DNA of 64,000 nt from Phyllobates terribilis (Eukaryota). A model generated the notes under the pieces. It was given only the letters and a program-made list of their open reading frames with translations. It was not told the origin of the DNA and searched no databases. Below, in pieces: positions 23,801 to 36,514 of this stretch. The first letter of the stretch is position 1, and each line of letters begins with the position of its first letter. Where the stretch lies: the NCBI RefSeq assembly GCF_046119375.1, contig NW_027362767.1, positions 51,584,001-51,648,000 of the forward strand, read 5' to 3'. Both the position numbers and the translations under genes were made by a program.

Positions 23801-25856
23801 GTTAGTGCCACTAAAGTGGCATAACTTATGAAGAATTTGTTGGGTGGGCATCATCATGCCCTGTTCACTTTCGGGATTCTGGCTGGGACTAGCGTGAAAA
23901 CACCAAGAGTTTCAACATTTTTGTCCATTTTTGAGTTGCGCAAAAATTTGGCATCTTTTCGCTGGATTTCTTGGGTAAAACATTTTGATGAATGAGGGAA
24001 TAAGTCTGTGTACAACTGGAAAAGCTCCTGACATACTTTAACATTGGCCACCAAATACCAGGAGGTCCTATAAAGACGACCGCTGCAAACACACCATACA
24101 CAGACCAGTATAGTCAGGTAATGCCTCCCCCAACCTGCTGAATCACGGGAGACACCTGTACCTCCATGACCAGTAACAACACAAGGAAAGCATCACAGGT
24201 TTATGTGCATAAGAAAATTTGTCTTTACAAAATTTAAGGGGTTGTCCTGGATTTAGTTATTGATGGAGTTGCCGAATGTCAATCAGCTGTTTGTAGCTCC
24301 TGAGGTGGTAGGAAGTGCACAGCTCCACACATTGTATAGTGGCCATTCTCAGGTACTGCAGCTCAGCTCCTGTTGAGGTGAATGTGGTGTGAGCTGCAGT
24401 ACCTGAGAATGGCCACTACACAGGGTATGGGGCTGTGCTGTTCTGTCCACAGTGAGAGCTGCTGAAAGCTGATTGGTGGAAGGTGCCGGGCGTCAGACTG
24501 CTACTGATCTGATATTGACAACCAATCCCAAGGGCGCTGTCAGATGACCATATGAATCAAAGAGTATGGACTACAATAAACGGACTGGTTGGTGGGTCTC
24601 CCAACCTGTGCATAACGGCGTCATATATAAGAAAAGGTCACGAGACCTGCCAGCGGTCCAATTTATACAGTTAATATGGCTGCGATACTTGATTTGATCC
24701 GATACTTGGACAGCAGTCGGCCATGCAAGTCAGTGAGTCCGTAGAAAACATCGGAAGGCACTGGACGACATCTGAGGGTAGGCTAATTTTCGCGCACGCA
24801 AAGAATGGAAAAGGTGGACATTTTTCTCCATCTTCTCATTTGATAGAATTGGGTCGCACTGTGCTCAGTGCCATTACCATAATCAGCCCGATGCTCTCGG
24901 ATGACAGAAGCTGCTGCCGTCCGCACCTGCCCTTGGTCGCCCATCTACACCCAAGCCCTGGACAACGCCTTCAGCCTACGGCTGGACGGCACATCTAATG
25001 ATTTCCTGTGGTGCCGCATTAGGACCTGAAATCTACTACTGCGACACAAGACAAATGTATCCATTCTGTGTCGCTGGAGGCACCGGACTCACCACAGAGT
25101 TCAGCGCAAGATGCAAGTGATTTATCTGCAATTTATTATTCAGCACAACCACAGCTCTGATAGTCTCACGGCAGCACGCTGCACCAATGTTTTAGTGGTG
25201 CGACTTGTGGGAGGATTGCTCATAGCACATGTGTAGCCGCGACACAACATGGGTTATAAGCGCCTCTCAGCAGCACATCAGGGGCCGCTGCACGGCAGGA
25301 ATCAGGATCACCGCCACATAGGGAGCACAAGCCCCATTGTGATTAATAGGAGTCATGCACAGATCCCTGCCGTGGGGCCACGCCAGCAGCTGGAGGCGGA
25401 AGCTTTACCGGCCGCCCCTCATGTGGGGGACCACCTGTCCGATATGGGGCCCCCATTATCAGCACCTAAAAGATGAAAACACCCCTTCAATGTCCAATTC
25501 AGAATAGCCGCTAGTCAGGCGCCAGGTCCGTCCGCTAGTCAGGCACTATTCTGGATTAGGACTGTTACAGCCTCCATAGAAAGCTATGGCCTGTCAGTAA
25601 CCGGCACTCATCAGGCATTGGCTGCTGCAGAACCTCTTCTCCCCCACAGTTCTGAGGAGCGGGCACTCGCCTTGTATCTGGAGCCAGCCTTGTCCTTGAT
25701 GGTACAGACCATCAGGTAGATGGGCCCCCGCTGCCCGCAGCCGTTCTCCGCCTGCCTCCCCACAGACAGCACAGCCCGGGTCCCTCGCCCTCTATTCCTC
25801 ATGCCGAAGGTGGGCAGCAGCCGGCTCACCACCTCCACCTCACACTGCAGCTTCAT
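11864..25856 (-). CDS. LRR1: leucine-rich repeat protein 1 (CRL2-LRR1 substrate receptor), 4 exons, 422 aa
   Basis: Exons 25856-25671 (MKLQCEVEVVSRLLP...SRYK), 21994-21896 (LQENIENLFSKFVSEGKATIRLREPAVDICLSK), 17155-16428 (LRR core, KDYPLTKSFPYSLEHLQ) and 12119-11864 (IPYGPQVIPKHLCQDL...GGTEAPIICYFCS). Phases join to 1269 nt; similar to human LRR1 along its length. Confidence 0.96.
12643..13245 (+). mobile_element. degenerate Tc1-family transposon fragment
   Basis: TIR-like start CACTACATGGACAAAAGTATCGGGACAC and a frameshifted transposase remnant ending SPDLSPIQHL (SPDLNPIEHL motif). Right end uncertain. Confidence 0.75.
15148..15383 (+). repeat. 118-bp tandem duplication inside a MITE-like element
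   Basis: ACTGT anchors at 15148, 15266 and 15384; the two units are near-identical. Confidence 0.9.
17289..17300 (+). promoter_or_regulatory. CTCF-like motif CCGCTAGGGGGC
   Basis: Matches the CCASYAGRKGGC core with one mismatch; motif evidence only. Confidence 0.4.
17725..18138. mobile_element. TTAA-target palindromic MITE (T2/Kolobok-like)
   Basis: TTAA-AGGAG...CTTCT-TTAA ends; arms pair over ~150 bp. Confidence 0.85.
18820..21760 (+). mobile_element. non-autonomous piggyBac-like element, long copy
   Basis: TTAA at both ends with CCCCTT/AAGGGG termini. 5' ~700 bp and 3' ~250 bp closely match 36515-37779. Confidence 0.85.
20007..20290. mobile_element. palindromic MITE nested in the piggyBac-like element
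   Basis: ~33-bp inverted arms GCAAGTGCTCGCTACTTGAGTTTGCATC / GATGCAAACTCAAGTAGCGAGCACTTGC. Confidence 0.85.
22398..22411 (-). promoter_or_regulatory. CTCF motif CCACTAGGTGGCGC in LRR1 intron 1
   Basis: Exact match to the CTCF core consensus. Confidence 0.55.
22655..23091 (+). mobile_element. fragmentary IS630-Tc1-mariner transposase fossil (not the usual vertebrate Tc1 type)
   Basis: VQNKFGKCVPHRNCFLCWVKQF resembles an N-terminal HTH region; YLDMLKQWLMPQ...QQDCALPH resembles YLDML..WL.PQL...FQQDGAPPH. Confidence 0.6.
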
Positions 25857-26060
25857 GGCGCCGAGCTCTGCTGTTATTCCGCCTGGGTCATAGAGAGCAG
25901 AAGCCGCTCCGCACCGCTCTATCCCGCCATGGCAACAGCAACTTCGTGTTCCCGCTCATCAGTTACGTGACGTCATTGCACCTCCAACTCCGGCAACATG
26001 ATAGAGAGGACGGGCTAGAAAGCCGCATTCTCTATGGTTATTGCTGGGGCCCTGTCTATA
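25700..26060 (-). promoter_or_regulatory. LRR1: LRR1 CpG promoter
   Basis: CpG-rich. E2F-type TGGCGGGA at 25922-25929, half X-box CCATGGCAAC and full CRE TGACGTCA at 25968-25975 upstream of ATG 25856. Confidence 0.75.
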
Positions 26061-26639
26061 CTGGGGAAATGTGGCCGTTGTCAATAGCAACCAATCAAAA
26101 TAGCTTTAAAATTAAAGCTCTATTTCCGGTCGTACTCATATTAACCCCATTATGTCTGGGTGATTTTTCTGTTCTTCCTCCCCTCCTTCCAAGAGCCATC
26201 ATTTTTTTTTACATTGTTTCCATAGACATCATTTGTAGTTGTGAATGGCACCAATCAATCGCTAAACAGGGGATGAGATAGTGAAAAAATTAAATAAAAG
26301 CAATTATATATTTTTGCTTTTAGGATGTTTACTGTGCGATAACAATGATTATCCGGGTCAGAACCACTACGGCGATAGCAAATCAATATGTGGCATTTAT
26401 ATCTGAGTGCTTTACATAAAGAAAAAACTTTGTAAAAAAATTCAATTGTCTTGTGTCGCCATTTTCCGAGACCTGATATGTTTTTTTTTTCCTCCTGTGG
26501 GTGGCGCTGTGTGACGGCTTGTATATATGGAGTTATGATCACTTTTCACTCCGTTTTCTTGGATTGGAAGATTCGTCGCCATTTCTTAATACTTTTTTCT
26601 TGATAGCGTTTACCCTACAAGTCAATAAATGGGCGAATC

Positions 26640-26944
26640 CAGATTGCGATCAGCGCCGCCCCGGTCCCTTCAAAAGCCGACTCTTCTATCTGGATGGAAG
26701 TGGATGACGTCTCTACATCATACACACGGTTCTCGAAGCCTCGCAGATCAGAGACCGTCAGCGCAAACTCATGTAATGCGAAGACGCTGACTTCACTTGT
26801 ACATCACCAGCGCCTGCGCAGGTCTCTGATTCCACTGCGCAGGTGCAAGACTTCGAGCACTGTGTGGATGATGTAGAGACAACATCCACTTCCACGGAAG
26901 AGTCAGCGTTTGAAGGGACCTTGGCGGCGCTGATCGCAATCTGA
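26640..26944. mobile_element. palindromic MITE
   Basis: Arms CAGATTGCGATCAGCGCCGCC...CTCGAAG / CTTCGAG...GGCGGCGCTGATCGCAATCTG. Confidence 0.8.
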
Positions 26945-27571
26945 ATGCACCCGTCAGACCGGACCACATAATTTACGTGCAGCGCAGGACATGTATAAAA
27001 TGTTTTTTTTCAAAGTTTTGCAGGGGCCCCTGTGAGGATACAAAGGGGTTGTAGAAGCAACATTCACATGGTGATGGGGATAGATTATAAGCCAAAAAAA
27101 ACTGGTGATCCCTTTAAATTCATTTACGTTTATCCTTTTTCGTCCCAGTGGGAGAATTGAACCTGGGATTACTTGATCTGTACAAGGCTGTGAGCAAAAT
27201 CAACATCTTTCAATTCATTGTTGTGCCAAATTAAATATAAATGAATATATAGGAGCAGCTCAGAGGAAGCAACACACAGATCCAGCAGTTGTATTCAATG
27301 TAAATTCCTGTTTATTTAGACTGAAAGGCATGTTTATATAGACAGATAAACAAATGAATGGCCTGTATTCAGGGTGGTCCTGACATGCACAATAGATATA
27401 GCCTGCAGTCATCCAGGCGCTGTGTGGATGAAAGTCTATGCAAGTTGTTAATACAAGGAACAAGATGGAAGATACAGGCAAAATGGTTTCCTTCACACTG
27501 CAATACTTTGGTACTGCATTATATGGCAAAATGCTGATCTATGAAGTCCAGCCACAGGCTTGAATCTCTTA

Positions 27572-28475
27572 GGGTATGTGCACACGATGCAGAAATGAAG
27601 CAGAAAATTTAGGCTGAGTTCACACAATGCGTATTTCATGCGTTTCCGCGGCGTTTTTGCAGTTGCGTAAACGCCGCGGAAACGCATGAAAAACGCATGG
27701 TAGAAGGGCAGCAATGTTCCCCAATGGAAATCCGCATGTGCTGTGCCCATGATGCGGATTTTTCCGCAGCGTGAACGCTGCGGTCAAAAATCCGCAGCAT
27801 GTCAATTAATTTTGCGGAAACGCGGCGATTTCGCCGCCATTGACTTGCATTAGAACGCGCCAATTCCGCAAGACAGCATCTGTACTTGCGCTATTGACGC
27901 GTTCTAATATGCGGATGGTACCCGAGCGTGGAGGAGAGGAGAGTCTCATCCACACCCAGGTACCATTAAAAAAGCTGTAAAAAAAGAATAAAATAAAAAA
28001 TAAATGTATTCTTACCTTCTGTCGGCCCGCGCAGCGCTCCCGCTTGGTTCCCGGCACTTGCAGTGAGTTGTAGGACCTGCGCTGACGTCCGAGTCATGTG
28101 ACGGGTCACGTGACGCTGACGTCGGCAGGTCTTTCAATTCAAAGTTGCCGGCAGCCGGGAACTTTGTAAAGCAGGACAGCGCGGGCCATCGGAGGTAAGT
28201 ATATACACTCTCTCGGGTCACACTATATAAATCCATGCTGTTTGCATGGATTTATATAGTGTGACCTAGTTGTCAAGCACTTTCCAGGTGATGCTAAAAT
28301 CGCCTGGAAAGCGCTTGTCAATCTGCATGCGGAAACGCATGTGAATCTGCATGTGGATCCGCATGTATTCTGCAGGAAAAACGCATGCACAATCTGCATG
28401 CGTTTTTTCTGCCAGGGAGATGCAGAAATGATGCAGAAATTTTCTGCTTCATTTCTGCATCGTGTGCACATACCC
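27572..28475. mobile_element. PIF/Harbinger-type MITE with nested relatives
   Basis: ~38-bp near-perfect TIR GGGTATGTGCACACGATGCAGAAATGAAGCAGAAA; TTA on the left flank. Confidence 0.85.
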
Positions 28476-28594
28476 TTTTAGGGTATGAAGTGGTGGCCTT
28501 CCGTAGATACATTGGCACTTGTGATCATGGGCGGGGTGGTAAGCTCCTGATCACAACCATTTAAATGCATATACAAGGTTAAACAGTGGCAATT

Positions 28595-28812
28595 GTTTAT
28601 TATATAGCGGCATTAATTCCGCAGCGCTTTACAGACATCATCATCACTGTCCCCATTGAGGGACAAAATCTAAATTCCCTATCAGTATGTGGGAGGAAAA
28701 TTGAGTACCCAGAAGAAAAACACACAACATGCAAACACCTTGCAGATGTCGTCCTTGGTGGAATTTGAACCCGTGGACAAAGCAACAGCGCTAACCACTG
28801 AGCCACCATGCT
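28595..28812 (-). mobile_element. tRNA-derived V-SINE with an L2-type 3' tail
   Basis: A box TGGCTCAGTGG (28805-28795), B box GGTTCAAATTCC (28771-28760), V-domain-like GTTTGCATGTT...TTTCCTCCCAC and tail TGTAAAGCGCTGCGGAATTAATGCCGCTATATAATAAA. Confidence 0.8.
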
Positions 28813-29573
28813 GGACATTGAAGTTTTCTCCAGTCGCTGGCTGTATAACACAGTTAGCCCCCACCAAGTATGGAGAGGAGCATCACAGATCCATCACGCT
28901 TTTTATTGGCTGCTGCTGGGAACTAAACAGTATGATGGAGTATGTAGTGCTCAGCTCTATACACTATTCACATCTGGCCGCCAAAGGTAATAAGAGCTGA
29001 TGGGTGGGAGAGCCGGATGCTGGACCCCAACTCATCCTATACCAATAAGTCATCAATGTAAAATACTGGCCAACTCTATTTAAACTGTTGTTGAAGGGGT
29101 TTCACAGTCCTAAAACTGATCAGCTGTGTGACTGCTCTTGTGGCTCTCTGGTGAGTATTACGCCCCTGTTACAGCACAGATCCATATTGCTAGCAGCAGC
29201 TTTGTCTCATATTACAATCTAATCCCAGTCACAGTAAATTGTAATATAAGGCACAGGCTCTACTGAAAGTGCGGTGCTATGAGACACAGGCTGCAACCAC
29301 CAGAGCTCTGAGACCCCAGAAAACCACTGATGGGCGGGAAGCGGGTGTAATATTCATGGCTAGTCTATGTATGATAGATGGAAGCCAAATACTGGAATTC
29401 CACAGGGTGTGAGAACCAACAAGACGGCCATGGGATACATTGCCCCACTCTCAGACATGGTATCTAGTATTTCAGCTCATCCTCTATTCCCCTGAACTCT
29501 CTACATCAGGTGCACTGCTGATCGGCATCTGCAAACAACACCCCATATCTAAGCTGCAGATGTGTGTGATTTA

Positions 29574-29741
29574 GGCCACGTTCACACCTTCAGTATTTTG
29601 CATCAGTATTTGTAAGAAAAATTCAGGAGCGGGAGAAAAATGCAGAAGTGGTGACGTGTTTCTAATATACTTTTCTTCTTGTTTTGGCTCACAAATACTG
29701 ATGTAAAATACTCACCAAATACTGACTGTGTGAACGTGGCC
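29574..29741. mobile_element. PIF/Harbinger-type MITE
   Basis: TTA TSD on both sides; TIR GGCCACGTTCACAC / GTGTGAACGTGGCC. Confidence 0.9.
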
Positions 29742-29923
29742 TTAGGTGTATGGATGGATAATACAATAAACACATGCTTTGTTCTAATTTATGCAATTGC
29801 CTCTTCAGAAAGGCAATGCATATTAATTTCCCAGAGGGGTATGCATGGATTACAAGTCTCCTCACTGTTACATGTCAGGCTTGGCTTGTGATTCTCCACA
29901 AGAAGAAACATTCCCCCTTAGAT

Positions 29924-31014
29924 CAGGGATGTCAAACTCAAGTACACAGAGGGCCAAAATAAAAAACTTGGACAAAGTCGCGGGCCAACCTTGATATATA
30001 CCATATTAAAGAAGTGTCTACAATTGAGGAAGTTTTTCCTTATCAAATATAATGATGAACCTTTTCAAATGAAGACAAACTTAAAGGGGTTGTCCCACAA
30101 ACAAAATACATTTTAATTTACAGATCTTAGAACAACTTATACAAATAAACATAATCACAAATGGAGCATACTGGAATAATATAATATGTTATGGAACAGC
30201 AGTAAAAAGCATATGGCCCAATGGCCAAAGTTAAATATGTAATAACAAAGGATAAAAAGCCTTGAATAAATACAGATAATAAAGTATGATGCTAGCAAAA
30301 TTGCCCCCCAAACACAGTATGATACCCCTACAGTGAATTCCTCCACACACACAGTATGATGACCCACACAGCCCTCCATGCGCTATAATGGGACCCACAC
30401 AGCCCTCCATACATTTATAATGGGCCCCACACAGCTCTCCATGTGTTATAATGGGGCCCACATAGTCCTCCATACAGTATAATGGGCCCCACACAGCCCT
30501 CCATACATTTATAATGGGCCCCACACAGCCCTCCATGTGTTATAATGGGGCCCACATAGTCCTCCATACATTTATAATGGGCCCCACACAGCCCTCCATG
30601 CGTTATAATGGGGCCCACATAGTCCTCCATACAGTATAATGGGCCCCACACAGCCCTCCATGTGTTATAATGGGGCCCACATAGTCCTCCATACAGTATA
30701 ATGGGCCCCACACAGCCCTCCATGCGTTATAATAGGGCCCACATAGTCCTCCATACAGTATAATGGGCCCCACACAGCCCTCCATGCATTTATAATGGGC
30801 CCCACACAGCCCTCCATGCATTTATAATGGGCCCCACACAGCCCTCCATGCATTTATAATGGGCCCCACACAGCCCTCCATGCATTTATAATGGGCCCCA
30901 CACAGCCCTCCATGTGTTATAATAGGGCCCACATAGTCCTTCATGCAGTATAATGCCAGGGGAGTGTCGCGGGGCAAATCTTATCACCCTGCGAGCCAGT
31001 AGTTGACATATGTG
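29924..31014. mobile_element. hAT (Charlie/Chap-like) non-autonomous element with an internal minisatellite
   Basis: Ends CAGGGATGTCAAACT / AGTTGACATATGTG; degenerate 8-bp TSD CCTTAGAT / TCTTAGAG. Confidence 0.75.
30375..30945 (+). repeat. ~31-32-bp minisatellite with two alternating variants
   Basis: CCCACACAGCCCTCCATGCATTTATAATGGG alternating with CCACATAGTCCTCCATACAGTATAATGGG. Confidence 0.92.
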
Positions 31015-31059
31015 TCTTAGAGCCTTGTTTTTAGTTATGACGTTGTCATTAAAGTTTTG

Positions 31060-32403
<1,344 letters not shown>

Positions 32404-32495
32404 GCATATTCCAGTTTGGACAAGAAATGTGGCCGTAATGTCTTACACCTTAATGAAGCTATACTTGAGTGAACATGACTTATTGTACATAAACC

Positions 32496-32501
32496 AATAA
32501 A
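32496..32501 (+). terminator. RPS29: RPS29 polyadenylation signal AATAAA
   Basis: ~93 nt after the stop, followed by a pyrimidine/U-rich tract. Confidence 0.85.
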
Positions 32502-32799
32502 CTGTTCCAGTCTTCACTTTCCGTTCCAGCCCATTTGTCAATACCAGTGGTAGAGACTTTGATTATATCATAGGGAACGCAGAAGTACTTGCTAGGCTAC
32601 ATTAGGTCTGATGCAAAAAGATAGTTATTGGGTATGTGACCGATCTAATATTGATAACCCTAAAGTCTTGTGCACATGACCGTATTTTTGGTCTGAGTGT
32701 AATCTGACAAGACATTGAATCCCGCTCAGACCAATATTCTGTAGGGCTGTATGTCTCCCACCCCACCCTCTGACTGAAAACTGCTGAATGCCAGAATTA

Positions 32800-33540
32800 C
32801 TGTATTTTTTGGACTAGAAGACGCACCTAGGTTTTAGAGGATGAAAATAAGAAAAAAATGTGGTCATGATGCCCTGTTATAGGGGAGGCAGTCAGCTGCT
32901 GACACTGGTAATGTCCCCCAATTATGTAAATATCCTCCATCTTGGTATACGTGGCCCTCATCCCCATTCTGGAATGTATGGCACCCCTTGAGCCTCCATC
33001 CTGCTGCCCACAAAAAACAATCCTATCCACCTCTTTTCTCCAGCGCCGTCCTGCTCTGCTGCTGACAGTGTGAGCCGCGCATGGGGTCCCTGCCATGCGC
33101 CCTCAGTGTGAGAACACACACACTACCGCAGTTTGGCTCCTGCTGCCGCTCTGCGGTCAGTGTGCCTGCTATTAAAGACCATGGATAGTCACTCTGACTC
33201 ATGGGAGTGGGTTGTAGGGAATAATCATGAGCTTTAATAGTGGGCACAGACTGCAACAGGAGCCATGCTGCAGTATAGTGACAGCTGTTAAGGAAAATGA
33301 ATATAACCTGCTCCCCACGCCCATGGGCGTGGGGAGCATGGAATATTCATTTTCTTTAGTAACGGGCACAGCGAAGGCTGCAGCAGTCAGCTGCTGCCTC
33401 CTGTGCCCTGCTGATCCCCCAGACCTCCTACCACGCTGAGCCACAGTATATACAGGGAGATAGTATTCATACTATAAGACGCACCCCCACTTTCCTCCAA
33501 AATTTGAGGAAAAGTGTGTCTTATAGTCCGAAAAATACGG
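32800..33540. mobile_element. pogo/Tigger-type MITE
   Basis: TA TSD at 32798-32799 and 33541-33542; TIR CTGTATTTTTTGGACTAGAAGAC / GTCTTATAGTCCGAAAAATACGG. Confidence 0.85.
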
Positions 33541-33825
33541 TAGATCTAATGCTTGGTTCACACTCAGCCATGCAAGTCTGTAAAATTGTCATCCTAGTGC
33601 AGTCTGATTGCCATAGACTGACAAATGGATAACTTTTTCTTTTCCCATCTTATGAGAAAATCTGCTGACACTGATCAGTGTGGTTTATATCATTGTCCCA
33701 AATCTTTCAGATTGACTATATGCTGGTGTGACCTGAACCCAAGAAGGTATTAATGTCCATGCAACAGAAAAACCTGTTAAAGGGGTTGTCCACTGCTTTA
33801 ACATTGATACCTAATCCGTAGGGTA

Positions 33826-34581
33826 GTCAAAGCAAAGGATGCACAACCTCAATCATAGATTAGGGTGCGTAATAATGTACCCAACTACAATGTCAGAAGA
33901 AAGAACAAGAAGGTACATATATAGAAATGCGCATACTTCAATACAATTTACAAGCTTTATTCAACTCCTCTAAAAACACTAAACCACACGCTTTCCCAAA
34001 TCCAGTTAATTGGCAATATTCAAAATTCTTCTCTAGTAAATGGCATAGGTCCTTACGTTATCTTCATATAAATGTCAAATACAGTTCTCAAAATAAGCAC
34101 ACAAATCAGTGATAAATATACTGTCTGGCATATAGCTGGACCATATCAATACATGACAGACTTTCCCTGACTAAGCTGTGTTTTCACAGCGATACGAGTG
34201 GGGTTTGTCATTGGATCCACACATGATCCTTAAGGGGTGATATGGCTGTGTGTGTGCAATGATTTGATTGTGGCATTAACTATGGTCATGTGGGACTTCT
34301 CATACTAGGTTTTTGGTTTTGGCACAGACTGGTATATAATGGTGGCATTGATAAGGAGTGCACAATATGTACTGAGATGGCAGACAAATCAGTGATAAAT
34401 GTGCTTATTTTGGGATAACTGTATATGACATTTATATGATAACATAAGGACCTATGCTATTTACTAGAGAAGAATTTTGAATATTGACAGTCATGGGTGT
34501 TTTTAAAGGTTTAATAAAGCTTGTAATTGTATTAAGGTGTGCATATTTCTATATCTGTACCATCTTGTTTTTTCTTCTGAC
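33826..34581. mobile_element. Penelope-like relic with ~200-bp inverted arms, inserted into a TTAA MITE
   Basis: Arms ~33891-34105 vs ~34400-34582. Degenerate 13-bp TSD AATCCGTAGGGTA / AATCGGTAGGATA. Central hammerhead relic at 34154-34210. Confidence 0.6.
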
Positions 34582-34586
34582 AATCG

Positions 34587-34910
34587 GTAGGATAGGGCAT
34601 CAATGTATGATTGGCCGGGGTCCAGCACGCAGCACCCCCACTGATCAGCCATTGTGTCGACCGGAAGTCCTTACCCGCGGTGCTTGGCCTTCAAGTTGTA
34701 GTGGCTGCCGCTTCTAACTGTACATCTGCCTCCCATTCAATTGAATGGGAAGCGGATGTGTTGTACCCTGCTACGGCCACAACAGATGGACGGCCAAGCA
34801 CCACAGGTAAGGACTTCCGGTCAACACAATGGCTGATCAGTGGGGGTGCTGCGTGCTGGACCGCACCTAATCATATATTCATGCCCTATCCATAGGATAG
34901 GGCATCAATA
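34587..34910. mobile_element. palindromic MITE (remainder of the element starting ~33778)
   Basis: Long inverted arms GTCCAGCACGCAGCACCCCCACTGATCAGCC / GGCTGATCAGTGGGGGTGCTGCGTGCTGGAC. Confidence 0.8.
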
Positions 34911-35289
34911 TCAAAGTAGTGTTCGTTCAAAGATATTGATGGATCCAGCATGGGTTGATCTTATAGCTTCCTCATCTGGCAGGGTTATTAAATGTAACCG
35001 CAGATCAGAAAGCCAGGAATAACTTCTGAACAAATGTTAAATAAAAATCTACTTTATGGAACTCAAAGATGGATCAAAACTTGAGCAGTGACCTGAGCTG
35101 CTCCTCTAAGCCAAGGGTACAAGCACAAGCATTCAGTCTTTGCGCCGACACTCAATCACTATGGCTGGTAGGATGGGGATGAACAATACACTTAATCCCT
35201 TCACACCAATGTCTGTTTTTACATAATTTATCCAAATCCAGAAGATGGGTGGCCCAACCTATCATCATGCTTAAAAGCAAGTTTCCTAA

Positions 35290-36030
35290 CCTTGCATCAC
35301 CTGTTGTGTATAACGGTACACAATATGAAATCCACTAGTTTTAACAGTGACACTGTGAGAGTACTTAAGGGTACACAAATATTTAGGGTTTCTGAAAAGG
35401 AGGGACACCAGGATTAAAGCACCTGAAAACCCTAATGACCGGGCATAGTTGAAAAATTGTCAAGAGCGATCACAGAAATAAGGGACTTCCATGGGTCACT
35501 AATGATCAACTGCACCGTGTAGAGAACCTGCTGGTGGTTAAGGATAATCCTGACCACAATAACTGGAAATAGTAGCATCTCCACCGCTGTACCACTACAC
35601 TGATCCCCAGACCAGACCGTGTCCAGGGGTACAAGCAGCACATGGAAGTTTCTCTGATAAAGTGCTCCAGCATTAGTGCCATGAAGAAAACAAAAGCTCA
35701 GTACAAACAGATGGCTGAGTATCATGCTCACGCGCTTTCACCATGTGCAGGCCAGACTGGCACAATGCTTCAGTTTCAGGAGGTAATGACCAAGGCCCTA
35801 ATATTTAGAAATCAGGAAGGCAAAGGCTCAGTGCCTCTGGAACTTTAAGTGCCTGTATCGTACCAGGGCAACATTTCACCCTTGAGATCCATCAAACTGC
35901 AAGGAGAGGAAGGTAAAAAAAAAATAATCTAAGTGCAGCGTGTTACACAAGGCAACCATTTCTCAGAGCAACATCTGCCCCAACAAACCTGGACGGTGGA
36001 TAATGTAAAGTATCACATGTCCATTACTTC
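35290..36030 (+). pseudogene. degenerate piggyBac (PGBD4-like) transposase C-terminal region
   Basis: Remnant motifs ENLLVVK, PRPDRVQGYKQHM (P..V..YN..MGGVD), MLQFQEVMTKALIF and VPGQHF, followed by a decayed Cys-rich tail; stops and frameshifts throughout. Confidence 0.65.
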
Positions 36031-36514
36031 TGATATACATTTATTACAGTCTGATGTACCGAGCACAACCTACATATATAGAAATTCATACACCAGTAAA
36101 AATTAAAAAAAAAACGGGATCTCTCCATATACTCCTAGATCAAATCCACACTGGGGGTAATTGCTGTCCTGACACTTCCAAGGGCTCCGCAAATGTGACA
36201 TGGATCCTGCAAACCACGCGAGCAAAGTCTGCATTGTGACGCGGCGTGCTTCCCTTGCAGTTTGCCAAACAGTTGCTTCTTGCCACATATGAGGTATCAT
36301 CGAACCCAGGTAAAAAAAAAAATAAAAATGCACAACTCATTATGGGATGCATTTTCTCCTATTACATTTGGGAAAATGAAAAATTTGGGGCAAAAGCAAC
36401 ATTTTAGTGAAAAACACTTCGCTATAAAGTCCTGAGAAGCACCTGAAGGGTTAAACTTCCAAAATCGGGGTTAGCATATCTTAAGGGGTGCAGTTTAAAA
36501 AAAAAAAAAACCTT

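Noticed and set aside
28760-28812. tRNA gene (A and B boxes)
   Set aside because: No full cloverleaf; it continues into a V-domain and LINE tail, so it is a SINE.
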